From Actinomycetota bacterium (GTDB lineage Bacteria; Actinomycetota; Actinomycetes; Nanopelagicales; Nanopelagicaceae), in assembly GCA_041158325.1 (NCBI GenBank), contig JBEBBQ010000105.1:1-33733 (forward strand): DNA of 33,733 bases, in the 5' to 3' direction. Of this stretch, positions 18,421 to 27,128 are shown piece after piece. The stretch's first letter is position 1. The number at the start of each line of letters is the position of its first letter. The notes beneath the pieces were generated by a model. The model saw only the letters and a list, made by a program, of their open reading frames with translations, made no database searches and was not told where the DNA came from. A program made the translations under genes and the position numbers.

Positions 18421-18458
18421 AGTTTAACGCATTTATTTGAGTCTACAGGCCGTATCCT
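18421..18458. promoter_or_regulatory. Divergent putative leaderless promoters for the YczE-like and DUF554 genes
   Basis: Minus-strand TAAACT at 18426-18421 lies 6 nt before ATG 18414. Plus-strand TATCCT at 18453-18458 lies 6 nt before ATG 18465. Confidence 0.55.
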
Positions 18459-18464
18459 TATCGA

Positions 18465-19199
18465 ATGTTCGTAGGCCTCGGTACCTTAATAAATATCACC
18501 ACGATTATCGGCGGCGCAGCAATAGGCGTTCTAGTCGGTACGCGAATGTTAGCTCGCACAAGATTACTGATCACCGAAGTGCTTGGTCTTATAACAATTC
18601 TTGGCGCAGTTAGCGCTTTAGCCCCTATGTGGAGCGATCGTTATATCAATTCGATTCCTAAAGGTTGGACGCTCTTAGCAATTTTAGGATCGCTTTTAAT
18701 CGGTGGTGGCATAGGTTCGGCACTCTCTCTCGAATCAAGGCTTGAAGGTTTAGGCGAAAAGTTGCGGGTTAAATTTGGCGCCCATAAAGAGAGCACTTTC
18801 ATCGAGGGCTTTGTTTCAGCATCACTGCTATTTGCTATTGGGCCGTTAGCGATTCTTGGCTCGATTAGTGATGGCATGTCAACTGGTATTGACCAACTAC
18901 TGCTGAAATCAAGTCTCGACTTTTTCGCAGCGATCGCTTTTGCAGCAAGCCTAGGTTGGGGGGTTGCGGTTTCTGCTATTCCCGTGGGTATTTATCAGGG
19001 AGTTTGGACAGTCATTGGACTGGGACTTGGCAGCATCCTTTCGGGATATCAGATTGATGCCATGACAATCACAGGGGGAGTGATGCTTGTTTGCATCGGC
19101 CTGCGACTTCTTAAGATCAAAGATATTGCTGTGGGAAATTTGCTTCCGGCGCTTTTTATTGCGCCTATCTTTGTTCTTGTGCTTAATAACTTCCTATAG
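18465..19199 (+). CDS. DUF554 (YdfK/YqgA-like) membrane protein
   Basis: Motifs GTLIN, EGFVSASLLF, GPLAILGSISDG, KSSLD, YQG and NLLP. Confidence 0.85.
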   Translation: MFVGLGTLINITTIIGGAAIGVLVGTRMLARTRLLITEVLGLITILGAVSALAPMWSDRYINSIPKGWTLLAILGSLLIGGGIGSALSLESRLEGLGEKLRVKFGAHKESTFIEGFVSASLLFAIGPLAILGSISDGMSTGIDQLLLKSSLDFFAAIAFAASLGWGVAVSAIPVGIYQGVWTVIGLGLGSILSGYQIDAMTITGGVMLVCIGLRLLKIKDIAVGNLLPALFIAPIFVLVLNNFL

Positions 19200-19221
19200 C
19201 GAAAACTTCCGTCGCGCTGGC

Positions 19222-20262
19222 TTAGAAGGAAGTTGCATCAATTACGAAGCGATATTTAACATCGCTATCGACGGTGCGTTCGTAAGCTTCATTGATGTAA
19301 TCAGCCTTGATAACTTCAACGTCACTGACGATGTTATGTATGCCGCAGAAATCAAGCATCTCTTGCATCTCTGGGATGCCACCGATCATTGAGCCGGAGA
19401 GTGAGCGACGGGCTGGTAGCAGAGAACCGGCTTCGACCGAATATGGCTTACCAGGAAGTCCAATGACCACGAGCGTTCCGTCGACACCGAGCATTGATAG
19501 ATAGATGTTGATATCTAATTCGGCGCTAACGGTATTCAAGATTAAATCAAAGTGCTTGCTGTATTTGTTATGGAAGTCTTCGCTCTTAGTCGAAACGAAA
19601 TGATGCGCACCCATTGCCTTAGCATCGCCTTCTTTTGACGGAGAGTGCGAGAAGACTGTTACTTCAGCTCCCATCGCCACTGCGAATTTCACTCCCATAT
19701 GGCCAAGACCGCCTAGACCCATTACTGCAACTTTCTTTCCAGGACCGGCCTTCCAATGCTTGATAGGTGAGTACAGAGTAATACCGGCACACAGCAGTGG
19801 AGCTACTCCATCTAGAGAAAGATTTTCCGGGATAGTGACGGCGTAATCTTCATTTACTACCATCACATTTGAATAACCACCCATGGCAGGAGTCTTTCCG
19901 TCGCGCTCTAACTGGTTGTAAGTACCGGTCATTCCTTCGATGCAATATTGCTGAGTACCGTTCTTGCAAGGTTCGCAGACGCGACATGAGTCAACAAATA
20001 CACCGACGCCTATGAGATCTCCGACTTTAAATTTTGTGACTGCGGAGCCAACGCTAGAGACGACTCCTGCGATCTCGTGTCCTGGAACCATCGGGAAAAT
20101 TGCTGGTCCCCATTCTTCGCGCGCTTGATGGATATCTGAGTGACAGATACCTGAATATTTAATGTCGAGCGCGACATCATGTGCACCAAGATCGCGACGC
20201 TCGAACTCCCAGGGAGCAAGCGGGGCCTTAGCGCTCATTGCTGCATATCCACGTACTTTCAT
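19222..20262 (-). CDS. Zn-dependent NAD(P) alcohol dehydrogenase / aldehyde reductase (cinnamyl-ADH/YahK-like)
   Basis: Motifs GICHSD, PGHEIAG, structural Zn Cys cluster, LCAGIT, GLGGLG and YRFVID. SD AGGGAG. Confidence 0.92.
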   Translation of the reverse strand: MKVRGYAAMSAKAPLAPWEFERRDLGAHDVALDIKYSGICHSDIHQAREEWGPAIFPMVPGHEIAGVVSSVGSAVTKFKVGDLIGVGVFVDSCRVCEPCKNGTQQYCIEGMTGTYNQLERDGKTPAMGGYSNVMVVNEDYAVTIPENLSLDGVAPLLCAGITLYSPIKHWKAGPGKKVAVMGLGGLGHMGVKFAVAMGAEVTVFSHSPSKEGDAKAMGAHHFVSTKSEDFHNKYSKHFDLILNTVSAELDINIYLSMLGVDGTLVVIGLPGKPYSVEAGSLLPARRSLSGSMIGGIPEMQEMLDFCGIHNIVSDVEVIKADYINEAYERTVDSDVKYRFVIDATSF

Positions 20263-20298
20263 TTGCTTCTCCCTATGTTCGTTTCTACTTGTGGTTTT

Positions 20299-20949
20299 CT
20301 ATTCAGTTTCGGTAAATGGTAGAGGTAGTGGTGATGTGTGTCCTGCGCGAGATGCCCGCGCAGTTACGCGACGCATGTGGTGGCGTCGGCAGAGAACTTC
20401 GTAGGCAACTTCAGCGCCAGGAGCAACATCTCCAACAACAACTTGTTCACCTTCGGTCACCATCACGCCGCCAAGAGTTCGAGCATTATGCGTGGCTCGT
20501 GATCCGCACCAACAGAGCGCTTCAACTTGCAAGGTATTAACGCGATCGGCGAGTTCTACCAATCGGGCAGATCCTGGAAATAACTTGGTGCGGAAGTCAG
20601 CCAAGATTCCGAAGGCAAAAACATCGATGCCAAGCCCGTCAACAATCTTGGCAAGTTGTTCGATCTGTTCGGCTTGATAGAACTGCGCTTCATCGCAGAT
20701 TATGTAATCGATGCGATCACCGAGAGAAAGTCGCTCGACAACCAATTTATGAATATCTAGATCTGTATCGACTTCTATCGCTGCGCTCTGTAGCCCAAGA
20801 CGCGATGAGATGACGCCTGAACCGGCGCGGTCCTTACTTGTAAAAATCAGACCAGTGCGACCGCGGCTCTTATGGTTGTGGGCAGTCTGTAAGGCGAGCG
20901 TGGATTTACCACTATCCATTGTTCCGCAGTAATAAATTAGCTCAGCCAC
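20299..20949 (-). CDS. tdk: Thymidine kinase (TK1 type)
   Basis: P-loop GTMDSGKS, SSRLG, CDEAQF, DFRTKLFPGS, CWCG and LCRRH. The start is probably GTG 20949 (MAELIY); ATG 20958 is the alternative. Confidence 0.92.
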   Translation of the reverse strand: MAELIYYCGTMDSGKSTLALQTAHNHKSRGRTGLIFTSKDRAGSGVISSRLGLQSAAIEVDTDLDIHKLVVERLSLGDRIDYIICDEAQFYQAEQIEQLAKIVDGLGIDVFAFGILADFRTKLFPGSARLVELADRVNTLQVEALCWCGSRATHNARTLGGVMVTEGEQVVVGDVAPGAEVAYEVLCRRHHMRRVTARASRAGHTSPLPLPFTETE

Positions 20950-20994
20950 GGGGTGCATCTTCGCATCTAATTAAGGAATAAGGCGAGAGCGACT

Positions 20995-22866
20995 TCATAT
21001 GACGCCATTGCTCCTTAAGAAATCACGCAAATTATCTGAAAGAGCGGCGCTCATCTCAACGCTGATATGCGATGCGTCACGATATGCCACGATCCCGTCG
21101 ACGATCGCCGGACAGGTATCAGAGCAGAGCCATGGAGTTGGATCTAGAGATATAAATCCACCAGCGACGCGAGGATCTGATTTCTCATTCTCGTCGCACT
21201 CGTTTGATTTGGCCGTCGCTAGGCAGCTAGGGATATCACGCTTGGGTTTCGGAGTATCTGAAATGTAGATCACTTTCGGAGCGCTATTTTGAACTTTCGA
21301 ATACAAGGCGCGTTGACCGGCAAACCACCAAGAATCGCGCGATGAGAAGCGCTGCGGATAAGCAAAATGCTGGAAACCACTCATAATAACTGCGTCAGGA
21401 TTTAAATCTTTGATGCGCTTGATTGAGTTCTCTCGCCAAGCATTGCAGTCGGAGTTTTTGAATGCGCCAGAGTTAATTCGTTCCACTTCAACCGCTGGAC
21501 ATGCAGACTTAGTCAAACTTATTAGAGCAAAGCCTTCATCGTTGGCGATCTTTTCAAGAGCTGGAAACCATTGTGCGGCGTGCGAATCACCATAGAGAAC
21601 AACCTTGCGATCTGAATTAACGTCACCATAGAGACACTCAGGCGACTTCTTTTCCCCGTAGTTTGTATGACAACCATCGTCGTAGATCTTGGGTTTCTGT
21701 ATAACCGCCACCAAGGAAACTGATCGTCCATTAGGAAGTGAGATGTCATCTTTAGTAGTCAGCAAGATTCCGCTAGCGACCAAAACTCCCGAGAGGGTGG
21801 CAGCAATGGCGAACCTACCGGTCTGGCGATTGGTCAATTTCGTTCTTGAGAAGGGCTTTTCAATAAAGCGATGAGTTAGATCTGCAGCCAATGCGGTGAG
21901 GGCAATTAAAAGGAATCGTTCAAATAGAGTGAGCGGTCGACCAAAACGCGTACTAGGAATTACTAGCAGTGGCCAATGCCAGAGATAGAAGGGATAGGAG
22001 ATTTCTCCTAACCACTGGACGAAACGCAGACGCGAGAAATCATTAAGGATCGGAGGCCAGGAACGAATAAGTCCGATAAGAAGCGCTGTCGCAATAACCG
22101 GATAGAGAGCAGCAGTTCCAGGAAAAGGAGTGTTATCACTGAAGCGAATAACGCCGTAGAAAAGTGTTGCTACAGATGCCCAGATGATTATCGTTCTGGA
22201 AACGGATTTCTTCTCAAGAAGATTTTTTGGAATAAATAGTAAAAGTGCGCCAACGCCAAGTTCCCAAGCGCGAGTTGGAAGACTGTAGAAGGCCCAGATT
22301 GGTGCAGCGTTGGTTAAGTAGAGCGAGAATAGAAACGAGGCGATGGTGATCGCAAGAACACCACGGAATACCAAACGCTGGCGGCCGATCTTCCAAAGCG
22401 TAAAAATGATCAGCGGCCAGAGAAGATAGAACTGCTCTTCAACGGCGAGCGACCAGTAATGAATAACGGGCGAGGGGGTTGCATTTAGATTCTGATAATC
22501 GTTCTGCCACCAAGCAAAGAGATAGTTTGAGATGTAGATTGACGCGGCGAAGATATCTTGGCCAAGTGATGAACGAATCGTAGGTGGCAGAAATAGCCAA
22601 GCTCCAATTGCGGTGAGGATAAGGACGCTGATTGAGGCGGGAAGAAGTCGTTTGGCGCGCCGTAAAAAGAAGTTTCGATAGTTGAAGGCGCCACTTAAGG
22701 CAATTTCCTTAACGATAATTCCGGTGATTAGATAACCGGAAATTACGTAGAAGATATCGACGCCGATAAAGCCACCTGGCGCTAATTTGGCATGGAAGAG
22801 AACCACCAGCGTTGCCGCTATCGCACGAAGCGCCTGGATCTGGTGGATGCGAACTTTGGTACTCAA
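20995..22866 (-). CDS. OafA/OatA-like membrane O-acyltransferase (AT3) fused to an SGNH domain
   Basis: AT3 motifs IQALRAIA, GVDIFYVISGYLIT, HYWSLAVEEQFY and SYPFYLWHWP; SGNH motifs GDSHA and DASH. The TTG start overlaps the apt TGA. Confidence 0.9.
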   Translation of the reverse strand: MSTKVRIHQIQALRAIAATLVVLFHAKLAPGGFIGVDIFYVISGYLITGIIVKEIALSGAFNYRNFFLRRAKRLLPASISVLILTAIGAWLFLPPTIRSSLGQDIFAASIYISNYLFAWWQNDYQNLNATPSPVIHYWSLAVEEQFYLLWPLIIFTLWKIGRQRLVFRGVLAITIASFLFSLYLTNAAPIWAFYSLPTRAWELGVGALLLFIPKNLLEKKSVSRTIIIWASVATLFYGVIRFSDNTPFPGTAALYPVIATALLIGLIRSWPPILNDFSRLRFVQWLGEISYPFYLWHWPLLVIPSTRFGRPLTLFERFLLIALTALAADLTHRFIEKPFSRTKLTNRQTGRFAIAATLSGVLVASGILLTTKDDISLPNGRSVSLVAVIQKPKIYDDGCHTNYGEKKSPECLYGDVNSDRKVVLYGDSHAAQWFPALEKIANDEGFALISLTKSACPAVEVERINSGAFKNSDCNAWRENSIKRIKDLNPDAVIMSGFQHFAYPQRFSSRDSWWFAGQRALYSKVQNSAPKVIYISDTPKPKRDIPSCLATAKSNECDENEKSDPRVAGGFISLDPTPWLCSDTCPAIVDGIVAYRDASHISVEMSAALSDNLRDFLRSNGVI

Positions 22867-23390
22867 GAAGTTACCAATGATTTGATTTCGACGTTAGGAA
22901 AGCGCTTTGCAATAACTTCGCGGCCACCTAGTCCGGAGATTTCAAAGAGCACGTGGACTGATTTAACGACCGCGCCACTTCGTTCGGCTAATTCGAGCGC
23001 CGCCGCGATTGTGCCGCCCGTGGCTAGCACATCATCAACGATGACTACAGATTTGCCGTTGGCAAAGGCGTCGATATGGACTTCGATCTCATCCTCGCCG
23101 TACTCGAGACCGTATTTGGCACCGATAGTTTCGAAGGGTAGCTTTCCGCTCTTTCTAAAAGGCACAAACCCAGCGTTCTTCTCGAGGGCTATTGCTGCGG
23201 CAAAGATAAATCCGCGAGCTTCAATGCCGGCAATTACATCTACATCATCAATCTGAGTCGCGAAGGCCTTGATAACAGTTGAGTAAGCAGTTGGATTGGC
23301 TAGCAACGGCGTAATGTCTTTGAAGAGAATTCCGGGCTTTGGATAATCTGGAATATCTCTGATCAGGGAGAGGGCGTCTTCTAAATTCAT
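22863..23390 (-). CDS. apt: Adenine phosphoribosyltransferase
   Basis: Motifs IPDYPKPGILFKDITPLL, EARGF, RKSGKLP, LEYG and VDDVLATGGT. The start is moved to ATG 23390 because the ORF-track start overlaps the tRNA. Confidence 0.96.
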   Translation of the reverse strand: MNLEDALSLIRDIPDYPKPGILFKDITPLLANPTAYSTVIKAFATQIDDVDVIAGIEARGFIFAAAIALEKNAGFVPFRKSGKLPFETIGAKYGLEYGEDEIEVHIDAFANGKSVVIVDDVLATGGTIAAALELAERSGAVVKSVHVLFEISGLGGREVIAKRFPNVEIKSLVTS

Positions 23391-23417
23391 AACGATCCAA
23401 TTCCACCACATTAAGCG

Positions 23418-23501
23418 TGTCCGGGAAGGGAGTTGAACCCTCAAGCCCTTGCGGGCACTAACACCTCAAGCTAGCGCGTCTGCCAATTCCGCCACCCGGA
23501 C
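23418..23501 (-). tRNA. tRNA-Leu(GAG), long variable arm, CCA not encoded
   Basis: GTCCGGGTGGCGGAATTGGCAGACGCGCTAGCTTGAGGTGTTAGTGCCCGCAAGGGCTTGAGGGTTCAACTCCCTTCCCGGACA. Acceptor stem GTCCGGG/CCCGGAC, anticodon loop TT-GAG-GT, variable hairpin GCCC-GCAA-GGGC, T-loop GTTCAA. Confidence 0.97.
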
Positions 23502-23514
23502 CAGTGCGCTGCAA

Positions 23515-23523
23515 ACGATAGCA
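23515..23523 (-). promoter_or_regulatory. Putative extended -10 (TGC-TATCGT) for tRNA-Leu/apt
   Basis: TGn plus TANNNT, 13 nt upstream of the mature tRNA 5' end. Confidence 0.5.
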
Positions 23524-23584
23524 ACGCTGAAGCAACGAAGCAAAAGCAGGCTCTTTTCAGGCGATTGTGGGGGAGAATGATGGC

Positions 23585-24892
23585 ATGAGCGAGATAAGAA
23601 ATTTAGAAGATGAAGCGATTCGCATCTGCCAAGATCTAATCCGAATTCCCAGTGTGAATTTTGGTGAGGGTCGGGGAGATGAAGAAGCCGTCGCTAAATA
23701 CATCGTCGCTTCACTCGCAGAAGTCGGAATAGACGCGAAGATTTATGAATCGGCGCCGAAGCGTTGCAATGTAATTGCACGAATAAAGGGAAGTAATCGG
23801 GCTAAGCCGGGCCTAGTTGTTCACGGACATATCGATGTTGTCCCAGCCAACGCCGCTGACTGGTCAGTTGATCCTTTCGCCGGCGAGATTAAAGATGGAT
23901 GTATTTGGGGTCGCGGCGCTGTCGATATGAAGAATGTGGATGCGATGATCTTGGCCATTGTGCGAGATTGGGCGCAGCGCGGCTATGTTCCAGAACGCGA
24001 CATTGTTCTCGCTTTCTTTGCTGACGAAGAAGCTGGAATGACCTTCGGCTCACGTTGGATGACTGCCAATCACCCTGAAGTTTTCGCTGGTTGCACTGAG
24101 GCGATTTCAGAGGTCGGTGGATTCTCCGTAACCGTTACCGATGGGAAGCGTCTTTACTTTATTGAAGCGGCACAAAAGGGTATCCATTGGATGAAGTTAA
24201 CTGCGCAAGGTCGCGCAGGCCATGGATCGATGATGAACGATGAGAATGCGTTAACGGCGCTAACTGAAGCGGTAGCAAAAATCGGTCGCTACGAATGGCC
24301 ACAGCGGTATACCAAGACAGTTAAAGACTTGTTTAAAGAGGTCGCGCGCGTAACCGGTAAAGCTTATGACGAGAAAGATCTTCGTCCATTACTCAGTGAG
24401 ATTGGATCGACTGCGCGAATGATTGGTGCCACCTTGCAGAACACTGCAAATCCGACGATGTTGGAAGCTGGCTATAAAGCAAACGTGATTCCCGGTACAG
24501 CAAGTGCGGTGATCGATGGTCGTTTCTTACCCGGGTATGAGGCTGAATTAAACGAAACTGTTCGAGCGATCGTCGGTCCAGATATTTTAATCGAAACCGT
24601 TTCACACGATATCGCCTTAGAAGTTGATTTCGATGCCCCGCTTGTTGATGCGATGAAGGCAGCGATTCTCGCCCACGACCCAGAGGGAATTCCAGTTCCT
24701 TATCTAATGAGTGGTGGTACGGATAATAAAGCGCTCTCTGAAATTGGAATTGTTGGTTACGGTTTTTCTCCACTTCGCCTGCCAGCGGATCTTGACTTCA
24801 TGTCTCTATTCCATGGCGTAGATGAACGAGTTCCAATTGATGGCCTGCGCTTTGGAGTGCGAGTACTTAACGACTTTTTAGAGAGTTGCTGA
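23585..24892 (+). CDS. M20/M25/M40-family metallo-hydrolase (ArgE/DapE-like)
   Basis: Motifs HGHIDVVPA, WGRGAVDMK, DEEAG, GRAGHGS, GGTD and FHGVDERV. ATG 23585 is preferred over GTG 23567. Confidence 0.9.
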   Translation: MSEIRNLEDEAIRICQDLIRIPSVNFGEGRGDEEAVAKYIVASLAEVGIDAKIYESAPKRCNVIARIKGSNRAKPGLVVHGHIDVVPANAADWSVDPFAGEIKDGCIWGRGAVDMKNVDAMILAIVRDWAQRGYVPERDIVLAFFADEEAGMTFGSRWMTANHPEVFAGCTEAISEVGGFSVTVTDGKRLYFIEAAQKGIHWMKLTAQGRAGHGSMMNDENALTALTEAVAKIGRYEWPQRYTKTVKDLFKEVARVTGKAYDEKDLRPLLSEIGSTARMIGATLQNTANPTMLEAGYKANVIPGTASAVIDGRFLPGYEAELNETVRAIVGPDILIETVSHDIALEVDFDAPLVDAMKAAILAHDPEGIPVPYLMSGGTDNKALSEIGIVGYGFSPLRLPADLDFMSLFHGVDERVPIDGLRFGVRVLNDFLESC

Positions 24893-25828
24893 AACTTCGT
24901 TCAACGCGTTACGTACAACTTCAGGAAGTTCAATCTCTTCGCTAGCTAAAATACCTTGCAATTGCGCGGCGGTGCGGGCACCGACAACCGAACTAGTAAC
25001 GCCGGGAAAATCTCGTACCCAAGCTAAGGCCACTTCAAGAGGCGAATAGCCAAGACCCTGCGCCGCAACAGAGACTGCTTCAACTATGCGACGTGATCGA
25101 TCATTTAAGTAAGGTTCAATAAAGGGCGCGAAGTGCGGTGTAGCTGCGCGAGAATCGGCAGGAATTCCGTTGCGATACTTACCTGTAAGAACACCGCGAC
25201 CTAGCGGAGACCAAGCGATAAAACCGGTCTCTATATAGCGAGAACATTGCAGCGAATCTTCCTCAACTTTTCGATTTAGAAGTGAAAATTCATTCTGCAT
25301 GACAGCGATCGGCGCCTTACTGCTGTTGGCTTCCTGCAAAGAGATCGCTCGTGCGCTCTGCCACCCGTTGAAGTTAGAGATTCCTACATAGCGAGCTCGT
25401 CCTGATGTATATGCCCAATCAAGTGCCGAGAGCGCATCTTCTAGCTGTGCTCCCGTATCCCAACTTTGGATCATCCAGATATCTACATAATTGGTGCCTA
25501 AGCGAGTCAGCGATTTATCTAGCGAACTCATCAAGGAAGTGCGGGAGTTATCTGTTACTAATGAGCCATCTATGTAGGCAGAACCTGCTTTAGTTGAGAT
25601 GACGACATCTTCTCGCTTGAAGAGCGTTCCGATTAGCCCGCCAATTACTCGTTCGGCATCTCCATCTCCATAGTGACTGGCTGAGTCAAAATAGTTTCCA
25701 CCGGCTTCAATGAAAGCGCGTGCCTGATCGGCTGCTTCGTGGGTGTCGGTGTCGCGTCCCCAGGTCATCGTGCCTAAGGCAAGGCGAGAAAGGGAGAGCC
25801 CTGATCTTCCCGCGCGACGAAGTTCCAT
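24878..25828 (-). CDS. Aldo/keto reductase
   Basis: Motifs LALGTMTWG, DSASHYG, ISTK, YVGISN and WSPLGRGVLTGKY. The start at ATG 25828 follows a TAGGGT box by 7 nt. Confidence 0.92.
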   Translation of the reverse strand: MELRRAGRSGLSLSRLALGTMTWGRDTDTHEAADQARAFIEAGGNYFDSASHYGDGDAERVIGGLIGTLFKREDVVISTKAGSAYIDGSLVTDNSRTSLMSSLDKSLTRLGTNYVDIWMIQSWDTGAQLEDALSALDWAYTSGRARYVGISNFNGWQSARAISLQEANSSKAPIAVMQNEFSLLNRKVEEDSLQCSRYIETGFIAWSPLGRGVLTGKYRNGIPADSRAATPHFAPFIEPYLNDRSRRIVEAVSVAAQGLGYSPLEVALAWVRDFPGVTSSVVGARTAAQLQGILASEEIELPEVVRNALNEVSATL

Positions 25829-25835
25829 GGCGGCC

Positions 25836-25872
25836 ACCCTAGCAAGACGCAAATGAAATTTGCGGATAACCT
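25836..25872. promoter_or_regulatory. Divergent putative leaderless promoters flanking a 7-3-7 palindrome
   Basis: Minus-strand TAGGGT at 25841-25836, plus-strand TAACCT at 25867-25872 (6 nt before ATG 25879), and CGCAAAT-GAA-ATTTGCG at 25848-25864. Confidence 0.55.
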
Positions 25873-25878
25873 TCTAAC

Positions 25879-26583
25879 ATGACACGGATAGTTTTGTTAC
25901 GCCATGCACATTCATCGGCCAATGCCAAAGCGATTCTTGCCGGAAGAGCGCCAGGTGTAGATCTCTCAGACCGCGGTCGTAAAGAATCGCAAGATGTTGC
26001 AAAGCGATTGAAGGAGATTAATTTCTCGCTGATCAGAGTTAGTCCAATGGAACGCTGCGCCCAAACGATAGAACCTTTACTCACGCATTTATCGAATGGC
26101 CGAGAAGCGAAGCCAATCATTGAAGTTGAACACGATCTCGTTGAAGTTGATTATGGCAAGTGGACCGGACGGAAGCTTACGGTTCTTTCAAGAGATAAGG
26201 CCTGGAAAGTTGTGCAAAACACTCCCAGTGCCATGTACTTTCCTGGTGGCGAAGGTTTGCTGGATGTTCAAGCACGAGCCATGCGCGCACTCAATAGCGC
26301 GGCTCATACTCCGGGTAGAGGCGCGAAGCTTCTGGTCAGTCATGGTGATGTAATCAAATCAATCGTGGCCAGCGTTTTAGGTACGCACTTAGATCACTTC
26401 CAGAAGATCGTTATCGATCCAGCGTCGTTAACTGTTCTTGATTTCAACGGGGTTGATTATCGAGTTCTAACTTTAAATAGCACCACCGCTCCAATCTCTA
26501 CCTTCCTAAAGGAAGAGAGTTCCAAGAAGAAGCGTGTTTCAGCGCTGCTTGGTGGGGGATCTGGGCGTAAAGGCAAAGGATGA
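25879..26583 (+). CDS. Histidine phosphatase / phosphoglycerate-mutase-like protein (MSMEG_4193 family)
   Basis: Motifs LLRHAHS, SPMERC, EVDYGKWTG, FPGGE and VSHGDVIK, with a C-terminal GGG tail. Confidence 0.85.
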   Translation: MTRIVLLRHAHSSANAKAILAGRAPGVDLSDRGRKESQDVAKRLKEINFSLIRVSPMERCAQTIEPLLTHLSNGREAKPIIEVEHDLVEVDYGKWTGRKLTVLSRDKAWKVVQNTPSAMYFPGGEGLLDVQARAMRALNSAAHTPGRGAKLLVSHGDVIKSIVASVLGTHLDHFQKIVIDPASLTVLDFNGVDYRVLTLNSTTAPISTFLKEESSKKKRVSALLGGGSGRKGKG

Positions 26584-27128
26584 GCGGACAGATCTTTCTC
26601 TTCGATCCAGCCGATCGTTTTGTTGCAGGAACAGTAGGAGTTCCGGGGGAGCGTACCTTTTTTCTGCAAGCGCGAACGGGATCTCGTTTGATTTCAGTTT
26701 CATTAGAGAAGGCACAAGTTGCTGCTCTAGCCGAGAGAACTCAACAAATCCTGCGAGAAGTTAGATCATCCGAACCTCTAACCGTATTTGAACGTGTAGA
26801 GCGGGATGATCAGCCTTTAGAAACGCCAATAGATGAAGAGTTTCGCGTAGGCGTTATCGGTCTTGCTTATCTTTCAGATCGGAAAATGATTGAAATAGAT
26901 CTTCAGGCGATCGCCGATAGTCAGTCACCTGAGGATGAAGAGTTGTTGATGGAGTTATCTGACAGCCAAGATATTTTGCGCGTCTTGATTCCATTAGGTT
27001 ATGCAGAAAGCTTTGCAAAACGTGCGATCGCTGTTGTAGGCGCCGGTCGCGCACCTTGCCCGTTCTGCGGTGGTCCTATTGATCCAAGTGGCCATCTCTG
27101 TCCGCGCGCAAATGGATACCGTAGATGA
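26580..27128 (+). CDS. DUF3090-family protein with a C-terminal Cys/His Zn-knuckle
   Basis: Motifs FVAGTVGVPGERTFFLQA, LEKAQV, EEFRVG and AGRAPCPFCGGPIDPSGHLCPRANG. Confidence 0.85.
   Translation: MSGQIFLFDPADRFVAGTVGVPGERTFFLQARTGSRLISVSLEKAQVAALAERTQQILREVRSSEPLTVFERVERDDQPLETPIDEEFRVGVIGLAYLSDRKMIEIDLQAIADSQSPEDEELLMELSDSQDILRVLIPLGYAESFAKRAIAVVGAGRAPCPFCGGPIDPSGHLCPRANGYRR

Noticed and set aside
23391-23440. tRNA-Leu 3' end as a possible integration site or island boundary
   Set aside because: I saw no integrase, no duplicated tRNA 3' end and no obvious compositional shift. The flanking genes are housekeeping.
23391-23444. N-terminal extension of Apt in the ORF track (MRVQLPSRTRLMWWNWIV)
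   Set aside because: It overlaps tRNA-Leu, and Apt homology starts at ATG 23390.
25839-26120. 93-aa minus-strand ORF upstream of the aldo/keto reductase
   Set aside because: It is antisense to the histidine phosphatase, runs through the divergent promoter and has no family features.
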